Positions 10,055-20,581 of a stretch of 64,000 nucleotides of DNA are shown here, piece after piece. Source of the DNA: an uncultured Chloroflexia bacterium (GTDB lineage Bacteria > Chloroflexota > Limnocylindria > Limnocylindrales > CSP1-4); contig CAVYXU010000004.1 in assembly GCA_963772565.1 (NCBI GenBank), forward strand, positions 3,886 through 67,885, read 5' to 3'. The notes below the pieces were generated by a model. That model ran no database searches and was not told where the DNA came from. It worked only from the letters and a program-made list of their open reading frames with translations. Numbering within the stretch: the first letter of the stretch is position 1; each line of letters starts with the position of its first letter. The position numbers and the translations under genes are program-made.

Positions 10055-11872
10055 TCAGGGCGTGACGTACATCACGCCGTAGGGCCAGGAGCTGTACGGC
10101 GGCCAGCGATAGATCGGGCCGACCCTGCTTCCGGCGAGGCTCTGGCTGAGGTTGAAGAAGGTCGGGATCACCCAGGCATTCTCGACCGCCTGCTTGTCGA
10201 GGGCCTGCCACTTCCGCGCCTGCTCCGCCCGGTCGAGCGTGGAGACTGCGACCTGAAGCGCGGCCTCGAATGCCGGATCGTCGACCTGCGAGAGGTCCCA
10301 GCCACCCTGTTGCATGAACAGTGCGGGGATGACGGTCGAGGCGTTTGGCCAGTCGGCCCCCCAGCCAGACATCCCGAAGTCGCCCGGGTCCTGGAACGCC
10401 GTGCAATAGGAACCAGCTGGACAGGGCACCCATCGCTCGACTGTGATCCCGGCCTTGCCGAGCGAGTCGATCACGATCGCTGCGGTCTGCTCGTTGGCCG
10501 GCGTGTCGGCGTAGCCGAACCTGACGGTGGGGTTGGGCTGACCGGAGTCGGCGAGCAGCTTCTTGGCGAGGTCCGGATCCCCTTGGGGCGGGATCGCCTC
10601 GCCGAAGAACGTGTCCCAGACGCCCGTCGGCGCGTAGTCGACGCCGATGTTCGGCTTTAGCACGCCGTCTGAGAAATCAGCCCACGAATCGCCGCCGAGG
10701 TTGACTCGGATCGCCTCGCGATCGAGAGCCACCAGCATCGCCTGGCGGACCTTGAGGTTCGCAACCTTTGTCACATCGATCCAGAGGTACCGCGTCCATG
10801 GGTCGAAGTCGCTTATGGCCCGACCGACGAACCGCACAGTTGGCGTGTGCGCGTCCCCGAAGACGGTAGGCAGGTTCTCCGGCTGAATTGGGCTGTACCC
10901 GATCGCGGTTGCGTCGTTGCCAGACGATGCCATCAGGCGCTGGTCGACAACCTTGGGATCGATACCGAAGTCGACTTCCCACTTGTCGGGGTACGCCGCC
11001 CGGATCGGGTCGCTCGTCTCGTTCCAGCTCGAGTTCCGGACGAGCACCATCTTGCCGCCCTGGCCGGTGGTGTAGCTCTGGATCCGATAGGGGCCCGACG
11101 AGATCGGCGGGTGACCGGGCTGGCCATACGTCGCGCCGGAGTCGACCCCTGGGTGATCCTTCGGGTTGGGGACCGGCGAGAAGCCCAGGGTGGTCGTGTA
11201 GTTGAAGTCGCCGTGTGGCGAGTTCAGGCGGAAGGTGATGGTCTTGTGGTCCGGCGAACACACCACGGCCTTGTCAAAGAGGGCCTGCTGGTTCGCGGTC
11301 GCCTTGTACGGCCCCGGGTACTGCGAGGTTTGGCCGTCCGGCTCGTAGGGGATATCGAGGTACGAGATGGCGTACGTCGGGCCATCGTTGATGACGTCGG
11401 TCGCGAACGTGCGCGAGGCACCGTACTTGATGTCCTCGCATTGGATCGGCGAGCCGTCCTGAAAGGTCACCCCGTCGCGCAGCGTGAAGGTCCACGTCCT
11501 GCCGCCGTCGCTCGCGGTACCAAGGTCGGTCGCGAGGTCGGGAACCAAGCGGGTGCCGGCGACCGGGTCCGGCGAGTATGCGAAGGACTCGAGCGACCGG
11601 TAGAGGGTCGCCCCGAAGAACGCGAGGTCCTGGTAGTTGTAGACGCGCTGCGGGTCGACCTGGTCCCAGCTGGCCTGCGTCAGGAGATAGATCGTGCCGC
11701 CCTTCTGGGCGACCGGCGAGGGCGAGGGGGAGGGCTCGACACTCGGGGCGGCGGAATTGCCCGGATCACTCGGCTTTGGGCTGGGGCTGGGACTCGGGCC
11801 GCACGCCGCCACGATCAGGACGATCGTTGCGACGAGCGCCATGGCCCGATGAGCCGCCGCGACGCTCGCCAT
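10055..11872 (-). CDS. ABC transporter substrate-binding lipoprotein, family 5 (peptide/nickel type)
   Basis: Start at MASVAAAHRAMALV. Has lipobox IVAAC followed by a PS-rich linker, and the length and sequence are typical of a family-5 SBP. No permease or ATPase genes are adjacent. Confidence 0.85.
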   Translation of the reverse strand: MASVAAAHRAMALVATIVLIVAACGPSPSPSPKPSDPGNSAAPSVEPSPSPSPVAQKGGTIYLLTQASWDQVDPQRVYNYQDLAFFGATLYRSLESFAYSPDPVAGTRLVPDLATDLGTASDGGRTWTFTLRDGVTFQDGSPIQCEDIKYGASRTFATDVINDGPTYAISYLDIPYEPDGQTSQYPGPYKATANQQALFDKAVVCSPDHKTITFRLNSPHGDFNYTTTLGFSPVPNPKDHPGVDSGATYGQPGHPPISSGPYRIQSYTTGQGGKMVLVRNSSWNETSDPIRAAYPDKWEVDFGIDPKVVDQRLMASSGNDATAIGYSPIQPENLPTVFGDAHTPTVRFVGRAISDFDPWTRYLWIDVTKVANLKVRQAMLVALDREAIRVNLGGDSWADFSDGVLKPNIGVDYAPTGVWDTFFGEAIPPQGDPDLAKKLLADSGQPNPTVRFGYADTPANEQTAAIVIDSLGKAGITVERWVPCPAGSYCTAFQDPGDFGMSGWGADWPNASTVIPALFMQQGGWDLSQVDDPAFEAALQVAVSTLDRAEQARKWQALDKQAVENAWVIPTFFNLSQSLAGSRVGPIYRWPPYSSWPYGVMYVTP

Positions 11873-12089
11873 TCGCGACCCTCCCGCGGGTGAATCACAG
11901 GCTGCCTCATCGACTGCGAGGCGAGCGCATGATCTCGAGCGGATGATACGCGTGCCCCTCGAGAAGGCGCTGATCACTCGTCAGGGCTCGTCGGAAGGCG
12001 CGTCGCGGTGTCGCTTGGCGTTGCGACATCGGCGCACCAGGGTAGGAGCAGCTCCTGCGGGCCGACCACCGCCACAGGGTCTGACCGGA

Positions 12090-12113
12090 TGACATTGCCG
12101 GCACACATTGCGA
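12090..12113 (+). repeat. 24-bp intergenic motif copy 2 (tgacattgccggcacacattgcga)
   Basis: Identical to copy 3. Lies 49 nt upstream of the 12163 start. Confidence 0.85.
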
Positions 12114-12162
12114 CGGCGACCTTCCCTCACCCCGACGGAGCGCTCGGGCCTACCATGGCTGA

Positions 12163-12600
12163 GTGGTTCGCCTCGTCCTAGCCTTGCTGGTAGCGATGAC
12201 CGTCGGCGGCTGCGGCGCCGCGACGGGCAGCCCATGGCCGGCCCGTACACCCTTTCCGCTGCCGGCCGGCGGGAGCACGGTCCCCCTGACTACCGCGCCG
12301 CCGGCTTCGCCGCTCCCACCGAATGAGGGCTGGGCGTGTCCGGCCTCCCTGATCCTGCCCCTGCGGATCATCTGGGATCGAGCAGCAGGGACCATTCGCT
12401 TCATCGGCGTTGATACGGGTGGGGTCGTCGAGCTCACCTGGCCGCGAGGGTTCTCGGCGCGTGTGGTCGCCGATCGGCTGGAGATCGTGGCCCCCGATGG
12501 CACGGTCGTGGGTCGCGACGGCGGGATCCTGTCCGGGCTCGGTGGTTCGACGAGCGACATCTGTGAAGTGGGGGGCACGATCTATCGACCGGCCAGCTAG
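12163..12600 (+). CDS. hypothetical lipoprotein
   Basis: Signal peptide with lipobox TVGGC. Confidence 0.7.
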   Translation: MVRLVLALLVAMTVGGCGAATGSPWPARTPFPLPAGGSTVPLTTAPPASPLPPNEGWACPASLILPLRIIWDRAAGTIRFIGVDTGGVVELTWPRGFSARVVADRLEIVAPDGTVVGRDGGILSGLGGSTSDICEVGGTIYRPAS

Positions 12601-12625
12601 GATTTGCCGATCAGCATGAGTCATG

Positions 12626-12649
12626 TGACATTGCCGGCACACATTGCGA
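12626..12649 (+). repeat. 24-bp intergenic motif copy 3
   Basis: Identical to copy 2. Lies 112 nt upstream of the 12762 start. Confidence 0.85.
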
Positions 12650-12761
12650 GGCAGCCGCGATCTCCGCACGGGTTGGGTCGAGGCGGCCACCGAGCGTACG
12701 CACTCCACGCGGACGGCCCACCCGGCGCGTCTATGATTTTGATGTCACAGAAGGACGTTCG

Positions 12762-13382
12762 ATGAGCGAGTCTCGGCCCGGATCCATGGCCTCACGCCCA
12801 AGCCGTATCCGTCCCGATTTCTACCAGCGGCCCAGGGTGTTGCTCATTGCCGATCTCAGCCTGATCGCGCTGTTCGTGGTCCTGCTGCGCTGGCTGGTGG
12901 GTGGCCTGTTGTCCGCGGACTTCCTGACCAACCTGGGTGGCGTCCCGCCCCTTATCGCCGACGCTCACCTGGACGGCCTCCATGCCCTGCTGGCGTTCGC
13001 CCCGGCGATGGCGCTGGTGGCCCTCACTGCGATCCGCCTGTGGCTGCCCGGTCGGTTGACCTGGCCGTGGTCTCCGCTGATCGCCGCGTGGGTGGTCATT
13101 GCGTTCAGCGAGACCATCATCGCCACGCCGGACGTGACGGCCGCAGCCTTTGGGGCGGGCCTGATCCCGGCCGTGCTCATCGGCACGCATCAGCGCTATC
13201 TCCGCCGGGCCGCCGGCCAATCTCCGAACAACCCGCCCTGGACACGGCTGCATCGCAACCTGACGCTGATCGGCTCGTTCGCGGTCACGATCTGGGTCGT
13301 GGTGTATCTCGTGGCCGGAGTGATCTCCATCATGCACCTCTTCGGCCCCTTCCCATTCGAGGCATTCCCGCACGGGCCGTAG
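12762..13382 (+). CDS. hypothetical integral membrane protein
   Basis: Several hydrophobic helices. Preceded by TATGAT and a GAAGGA Shine-Dalgarno. Confidence 0.7.
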   Translation: MSESRPGSMASRPSRIRPDFYQRPRVLLIADLSLIALFVVLLRWLVGGLLSADFLTNLGGVPPLIADAHLDGLHALLAFAPAMALVALTAIRLWLPGRLTWPWSPLIAAWVVIAFSETIIATPDVTAAAFGAGLIPAVLIGTHQRYLRRAAGQSPNNPPWTRLHRNLTLIGSFAVTIWVVVYLVAGVISIMHLFGPFPFEAFPHGP

Positions 13383-13416
13383 GCCACCGGGACCGGGCGA
13401 CCCAGCGCCCGCGTGC

Positions 13417-13422
13417 TAGAGT
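13417..13422 (+). promoter_or_regulatory. -10-like hexamer TAGAGT 9 nt upstream of ATG
   Basis: TAGAGT-cgcggaacg-ATG, with no SD. Confidence 0.35.
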
Positions 13423-13431
13423 CGCGGAACG

Positions 13432-15210
<1,779 letters not shown>

Positions 15211-15308
15211 GCCTGCAAGGCTGCGCGGCCCTCGGGCCGACGTCGACGCCCCCCGGTGTCTGACGCCCCCGGACGCCGAACCTGCGTCCATCGGAACCCG
15301 GTCGGGTC

Positions 15309-15314
15309 TACGAT
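15309..15314 (+). promoter_or_regulatory. -10-like hexamer TACGAT 6 nt upstream of ATG
   Basis: TACGAT-gcaccc-ATG. Confidence 0.4.
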
Positions 15315-15320
15315 GCACCC

Positions 15321-15803
15321 ATGTATCTCGACGCCCTCTCCTTTCTCGAAGACGAGCGTGACGCGTTCCGTGCCTACGAGGCCCTCGGCGCGCTGACCGA
15401 CGAACAGCTGGATCAACCCGTTGAAGCGGCCGGCGGCTGGTCCGGGCGCGACCTGATGGGCCACATGGTGGTGTGGCAGGAGGCCGCCCTCGCGACTGCC
15501 AAGGAGCTCGCGATGGGGGAGACGAGCGCCACGATGGCGCGGCTCAACGCGCAGTGGGATATCCCGGGCGAGGGCGACCGGATCAACGAGGAGGCGATGG
15601 CCCGCTTCCGGGCGATGTCGATGGCCGAGGTTCGCGAACAGTTCCGCAACGTGTCGGGCGAGCTGCGCGGCTATCTCACCGTGGTCCCCGAGGTCCGCTG
15701 GATCAAGAACGCGGACAACCAGGAGTACTTCTTCGGCGAGACGACCGAGCACTACCAGGAGCACCTGCCGGCGCTGCAGGCGATCCTCGAGGCTGCCTCG
15801 TGA
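15321..15803 (+). CDS. DinB-fold / ClbS-like four-helix-bundle protein
   Basis: 160 aa with WSGRDLMGHM and TTEHYQEH histidine motifs. Confidence 0.7.
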   Translation: MYLDALSFLEDERDAFRAYEALGALTDEQLDQPVEAAGGWSGRDLMGHMVVWQEAALATAKELAMGETSATMARLNAQWDIPGEGDRINEEAMARFRAMSMAEVREQFRNVSGELRGYLTVVPEVRWIKNADNQEYFFGETTEHYQEHLPALQAILEAAS

Positions 15804-16229
15804 CCGACGTGTCCGGCAACGGGCACTTCAACCCGAACGACGACGGCGAAGACGACGACCGTCCGCTCGATGCGTCGGAGGAGGCCGCGGCGGCCGCCGA
15901 GGCCCTGGCGGAGGGCGATGAGACGCTCGACGAGCGGGTCGAGGGCGTGATCGCCGACCTGGACGGGGTGGAGCGGCGGCGCGACGGCGAGTCGGTGACG
16001 TACCTCGTCGGGCGGGACGGCCTTCGCGGTGCTGATGGAGGATGTGCTCGAGGTCTCGCTCGACCCGGTCGTCGCGTCGGCTGCGCTCAAGACCGCCGAC
16101 ACGATGCAGTCGACGCGCGGCGCGGGCTGGGTCGCGTTCACGCCCGAGGCGATCGATCGCTTTGCCCTGGACCGCGCGGAGGCGTGGGTGCGCAGCGCTC
16201 ACCGGCGAGCGGCTGGGCGCACGACGTAG
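15800..16229 (+). CDS. hypothetical protein with acidic N-terminus and TfoX-N/YjbR-like C-terminus, interrupted by a +1 frameshift near 16010-16022
   Basis: The GTGA start overlaps the upstream stop. High GC3 runs in frame 2 to about 16021, then continues in the 16029..16229 frame. Confidence 0.5.
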
Positions 16230-16422
16230 CGCTGGCGCGGGCGCTCCGCGGCCGCCTCCACCACCTTGACTCACGCAGCGCATCACCACGGTCCCGGGAC
16301 ACGGGTTTCGCGGTGATCTCGCGTCCATCTGGCCCGGAGCCGCCACGCTGGGTTCGCCATTGATGCACCCGGTGAGTCAGGGCCTGGTGCGGCGGGCGAG
16401 GCGGCGTGCAGCGCGCACGAAA

Positions 16423-16447
16423 CGACCCCGGTCGATGACCGGGGTCG
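16423..16447. terminator. GC-rich hairpin between convergent genes (11-bp stem, GAT loop)
   Basis: cgaccccggtc-gat-gaccggggtcg, a perfect inverted repeat. Confidence 0.6.
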
Positions 16448-16490
16448 CGTGCCGTTGGAACGACGCCGGGTTGGTCCCCGGCGAGCCCGT

Positions 16491-16841
16491 CTAGGCCGTG
16501 GCCTTGGGGGCCGCCGCGAGGCTGGTGAGCCCGAACGCCGTCTCGAGCTGCTCGAGCGGCCGGAAGCCGACGACGCCCTGGGGCTGCGCGCCCGGCTTGA
16601 AGTACGCGATGGTCGGAATGCTCATGATCCCGAACGCCTGCGACAGGCGCGGATTGGCGTCCACGTCCACCTTGACGACATCGACGACGCCGTCGTACTT
16701 CTCCGCGAGCTTGATCATCTCAGGAGCGACCATCTTGCAGGGTCCACACCAGGTGGCCCAGAAGTCGACCACGACCGGCTTGTCGTTGTTCAGCACCAAC
16801 GCCTCGAAGGTGTCGTCGGTTGCCTGCTTGATCTCCGCCAC
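16491..16841 (-). CDS. trxA: thioredoxin
   Basis: WCGPC active site. GTG start preceded by GGGAGAAAGGAG with 7-nt spacing. Confidence 0.9.
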   Translation of the reverse strand: MAEIKQATDDTFEALVLNNDKPVVVDFWATWCGPCKMVAPEMIKLAEKYDGVVDVVKVDVDANPRLSQAFGIMSIPTIAYFKPGAQPQGVVGFRPLEQLETAFGLTSLAAAPKATA

Positions 16842-16887
16842 GCGGCGGCTCCTTTCTCCCACCTGACGGTGGGACATCCCGACCCGG

Positions 16888-17184
16888 TCAGCGGGCGAGC
16901 GTCTGTAGTAGCTGGTAGGCCTCGACGACCCGAGGGTCGGCAAGGCGGTAGTAGACCGTGTTCCCGTCACGACGAGCCGTGACGAGGCCGGCCGACCGGA
17001 GCACAGCGAGATGCTGGCTCATGTTCGGCACCTGGCAGCTGACCCGCGACGCGAGCTCGCCCACCGAGGCCTCGCCACCGGCAAGGGACTCGAGGACGCA
17101 CAGCCGCTTTGGGTCACCAAGGGCCCTGGCGACGGCGGCGGACCGCTGTCGCTCGGTATCCCGGTCTGCGTCGATGTCGATCAC
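16888..17184 (-). CDS. ArsR/SmtB family transcriptional regulator
   Basis: 98 aa with a winged HTH (ELASRVSCQVPNMSQHLAVLRSAGLV). Confidence 0.9.
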   Translation of the reverse strand: MIDIDADRDTERQRSAAVARALGDPKRLCVLESLAGGEASVGELASRVSCQVPNMSQHLAVLRSAGLVTARRDGNTVYYRLADPRVVEAYQLLQTLAR

Positions 17185-17260
17185 GTGAGAAGTGTGTCAC
17201 TAGTTGCGCAAGAACGCAAGTGCATTCGGGGGATGATCTGACTCGAAAATCGGGAGCGAG

Positions 17261-18307
17261 GTGGCGGCCGGCGGCGGCATACTCCCGATCGTGCGCGACC
17301 ATCCCGTCACCCTCGCCGCCATCCGCGAGACCCGCGTGATGCTGCGTGACCGTGTCCACCACACGCCGATGCTGTCATCGGCGACGGCGGCGAAGTTGGC
17401 GGGCGCGGCCGTCGGGGTTCGCCTGGGCGATGGCCGGCTGTACCTCAAGGCGGAGCACCTCCAGAAGACCGGCTCGTTCAAGCCGCGGGCGGCGCTGGCC
17501 CGGATCCGGTCGCTTACGGCCGCCGAGCGCAAGCGCGGGGCGATCACGATCTCCGCCGGCAACGCCGGGCAGGCGTACGCATGGGCCGGCCGGGAGGCGG
17601 GCGTCCCGGTCACGGTGGTGATGCCGGTGGGCGCCGTCGCGTCCAAGGTCGCGGCCTGCCTCGAGTACGGCGCCGATGTCGTGCTCCGGGGCGCGCACGT
17701 CGGCGAATCGATGGTCCATCTCGAGAAGCTGCGCGAGGAACGGGGGCTGACGCTGGTCCACCCGTACGACGACCCCGAGGTCCTGATCGGCAACGGGTCG
17801 TGCGGGCTGGAGATCCTCGAGGACCTGCCCGAGGTCGACGTCGTGGTCATCGGCGTGGGCGGCGGCGGGTTGCTGGGCGGCGTGACGGTCGCACTCAAGG
17901 AGAGCCGGCCATCCGTGCGGGTCTACGGCTGCGAGCCGGTCGGATCGAATGCGATGCGCAAGGGGCTCGACGCGGGTGAGCCCGTCCGGATCACGCCCGT
18001 CAGCGTCGCCGACGGGCTCGGTGCGCCGACGGCGGGGCGGCTCGCGCTGGCGGTCGCGCAGCACTATGTCGAGGACGTGGTCCTGATCGAGGATGCGACG
18101 ATCCTCGCCGGCATGCGGTTCGCCGTCGAGCGCCTCAAGCAGGTGATCGAGCCCGCCGGGGCTGCCGCGCTCGCCGCGGTGCTCACCGGCGCGGTGCCGA
18201 TCCGCGACGGGGACCGGGTGTGCGTCATCCTGTCGGGCGGGAACGTGGCGGTCGAGGGCCTGGGCGAGCTGCTGGCGGATGCCGGTCCATTGCCGGGCCA
18301 GCGCTGA
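17261..18307 (+). CDS. PLP-dependent threonine/serine dehydratase
   Basis: KTGSFKPRAA PLP-lysine motif and SAGNAGQA. Confidence 0.85.
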   Translation: MAAGGGILPIVRDHPVTLAAIRETRVMLRDRVHHTPMLSSATAAKLAGAAVGVRLGDGRLYLKAEHLQKTGSFKPRAALARIRSLTAAERKRGAITISAGNAGQAYAWAGREAGVPVTVVMPVGAVASKVAACLEYGADVVLRGAHVGESMVHLEKLREERGLTLVHPYDDPEVLIGNGSCGLEILEDLPEVDVVVIGVGGGGLLGGVTVALKESRPSVRVYGCEPVGSNAMRKGLDAGEPVRITPVSVADGLGAPTAGRLALAVAQHYVEDVVLIEDATILAGMRFAVERLKQVIEPAGAAALAAVLTGAVPIRDGDRVCVILSGGNVAVEGLGELLADAGPLPGQR

Positions 18308-19551
18308 TGGACGAGACGCCTGCGGAGATCCCGGCCGGCCCGCCGCCGGCGCACGAGCCACCGGCGAACATCCCGGCCGGCCCGCCTCCGCCGCCACCAC
18401 CACCGGCATCGGCCGCCCGCCCGGAGCTCCGGTTCGACGGCAGCTTCGTGGGGCCGCTCCTTCCACCTGCGCCACCAACTGTCGGCGCGACCTCGGCGCT
18501 CGGGGGTGGGTTGATCGCACTGCCGCCTGTCACCGACGACGTCCTCGCAATCCCGCTGGGAACCCGCAAGCTCGTCTCGATGGCGCTCGACCTGCTGACA
18601 CGCACGGATTCGGGCCTGCGCTCGGCATCGTTCTACATCGGGCTCGTCATGCTCATGACGGTCGGCCCGGCGGTGACCCTGTTCGGCCTCATCTGGCTCA
18701 AGCTCGGCGATGCCGCCTTCTCGTGGTACGTCGAACCCGGGTACTCGTACGGCGATCCCGGTCCATGGACCGGCTGGCTGGTGCTCTCGGCGCTGCCCGC
18801 GATGCTCGGATATCTCGTCGCGAGCGTGGAGGCCACCGCCCTCGCCGCTGCGGTCATCGGGGGACGCGCCGAAGGCCGGCCCCTCCGACTGCGCGAGTCG
18901 ATCGCTGTCGTTCGCCGTCGGTTCTGGCGGGTGCTCGGCGCCGGGATCCTGACCGGTATCGTGACCTCGATCGCATCGTTGATCGTGAGCTCCATCGTCC
19001 ATGCGGCGATCGGGACGGTGGATTCCATCGACTTCGGCGTCTCGCTGGTCGTGGGCCTGGTCGTGGGTGCCCCGTTCGTCTATGTCACGGCCGGGATCGT
19101 GATCGGTGAGGTCGGTGTCGGGACCGCGATCGGGCGCTCGCTCGCCCTCGTGCGCGCGCGCAAGCAGCTGGCGGTCGTCGTCACCCTGTTCGGCGTCGTG
19201 TCCCAGTTCATCGTCGTGTTCGGGCTGAGCGAGGGCCTCGACACCGTCTACCGGCTGGCGGCCGGAACCGGGCTTGCCGACACCTTTCCGCCCGTGCTCG
19301 CCATCCCCGTCATTGCCGCGTTCGTGTTCGCGCTGGGAACGTTGACGTTCATCGTGGAGGCCATCGCCGAGGCGCCAGCCGTCTACGCGTTCGCCGCGCT
19401 GACGCACTACACGCGCGGGCTCGAGCTCGGACGGCGCGCGCCGCTCCGCGTCGACCATGTCTGGGACCCGTACATCACGCCGGGCCTGGCGATCGGCGGG
19501 GCGATCGCGCTGCTGGCGCTGCTCGCGGGGATCGCCTCACTCCCGGGCTGA
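18307..19551 (+). CDS. integral membrane protein with proline-rich N-terminus
   Basis: The ATG overlaps the upstream stop. Multiple TM helices; function unknown. Confidence 0.7.
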   Translation: MDETPAEIPAGPPPAHEPPANIPAGPPPPPPPPASAARPELRFDGSFVGPLLPPAPPTVGATSALGGGLIALPPVTDDVLAIPLGTRKLVSMALDLLTRTDSGLRSASFYIGLVMLMTVGPAVTLFGLIWLKLGDAAFSWYVEPGYSYGDPGPWTGWLVLSALPAMLGYLVASVEATALAAAVIGGRAEGRPLRLRESIAVVRRRFWRVLGAGILTGIVTSIASLIVSSIVHAAIGTVDSIDFGVSLVVGLVVGAPFVYVTAGIVIGEVGVGTAIGRSLALVRARKQLAVVVTLFGVVSQFIVVFGLSEGLDTVYRLAAGTGLADTFPPVLAIPVIAAFVFALGTLTFIVEAIAEAPAVYAFAALTHYTRGLELGRRAPLRVDHVWDPYITPGLAIGGAIALLALLAGIASLPG

Positions 19552-19645
19552 CGTCGCGTGCGCCGATCTCGTCCCGCAGCGCGACGCAGCAAGCGGCCGC
19601 AACCATCCATAGAATCGACGTCCGGCTGTAGGAGCGGGGATCGCG

Positions 19646-20581
19646 TTGACCACTGCCACCGACAATCGCCCCGTCATCGAGGTCGCGGGGCTGCACAAGC
19701 GATATGGCGACGTGCTCGCCGTCGACGACATCAGCTTCGAGGTGCGCCGGGGGGAGATCTTCGGGCTGCTCGGGCCAAATGGCGCCGGCAAGACCACGAC
19801 GGTTGAGATCCTCGAAGGGCTCCGCAAGCCGGATGCCGGCAACGTGCTCGTGCTGGGCATCGATGCCGCCCACCAGCCGGTCGAGATACGGGAACGGATC
19901 GGCGTCCAGCTGCAGACCGCGGCGCTGTACCCGTACCTGACCGTCTCGGAGCTGATCGACCTGTTCCGCAGCTTCTACCCTCGGAGCCGCTCGACCGAGT
20001 GGCTGCTCAAGGCGGTGGATCTCGAGGAGCGGCAGGGCGCGCAGACCCGCCACCTGTCGGGCGGCCAGCGCCAGCGCCTGTCGGTCGCCCTCGCGCTGGT
20101 CAACGAGCCCGAGCTCGTGTTCCTTGACGAGCCGACGACCGGCATGGATCCGCAGGCGCGTCGCTCGCTCTGGGACCTGGTCCTCCGACTCCGAGACCAG
20201 GGTTGCTCGGTGCTGCTCACGACGCACTACATGGAGGAGGCGGCGCAGCTGTGTGACCGGGTCGCGATCATGGACCACGGGCATGTCCTGGAGCTGGGGA
20301 CCGTCACGGAGCTCGTCTCGCGCCGATTCAAGGAACGGGCGGTCCACTTCGACACGCTGCCGGAGCTTGATCTCGCGCAGCTGGCCGCCCTGCCCGCGGT
20401 CACACGGGCCGTCATCGAGGACGACGCGAGCGTGCTCTACACGACCGATGTCGCGGCCACGATCGGCGCCCTGCTCGAGCGCACCGAGCAGCTGGGCCGC
20501 GAACCGGGGAACCTGGGCATCCGCCGGGCCACCCTGGAGGACGTGTTCCTCGACCTCACCGGCCGGGCGCTTCGGGAGTGA
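19646..20581 (+). CDS. ABC transporter ATP-binding protein (ABC-2/DrrA type)
   Basis: Walker A GPNGAGKTT, signature LSGGQRQR and Walker B VFLDEP. Confidence 0.95.
   Translation: MTTATDNRPVIEVAGLHKRYGDVLAVDDISFEVRRGEIFGLLGPNGAGKTTTVEILEGLRKPDAGNVLVLGIDAAHQPVEIRERIGVQLQTAALYPYLTVSELIDLFRSFYPRSRSTEWLLKAVDLEERQGAQTRHLSGGQRQRLSVALALVNEPELVFLDEPTTGMDPQARRSLWDLVLRLRDQGCSVLLTTHYMEEAAQLCDRVAIMDHGHVLELGTVTELVSRRFKERAVHFDTLPELDLAQLAALPAVTRAVIEDDASVLYTTDVAATIGALLERTEQLGREPGNLGIRRATLEDVFLDLTGRALRE

Noticed and set aside
9749-12649. The 24-bp motif read on the minus strand encodes RNVCR(Q/E)CH, i.e. a CxxCH heme motif, and the copy-1 differences are two synonymous changes plus Q->E
   Set aside because: This was tempting, but similarity stops at the 24 bp and flanking peptides are unrelated. 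In copy 1 that frame is closed by a stop 15 codons upstream with no start before the motif. The copy 2 and 3 ORFs run antisense through a real lipoprotein gene and use atypically low GC3. A DNA- or RNA-level element is more parsimonious.
16001-16031. Programmed ribosomal frameshifting at the three frame breaks (16 kb, 42.8 kb, 54.0 kb)
   Set aside because: No slippery heptamers or downstream structures are evident. All three are +1 shifts in G/C homopolymer context, and one hits essential carB, so indel error is the simpler explanation.
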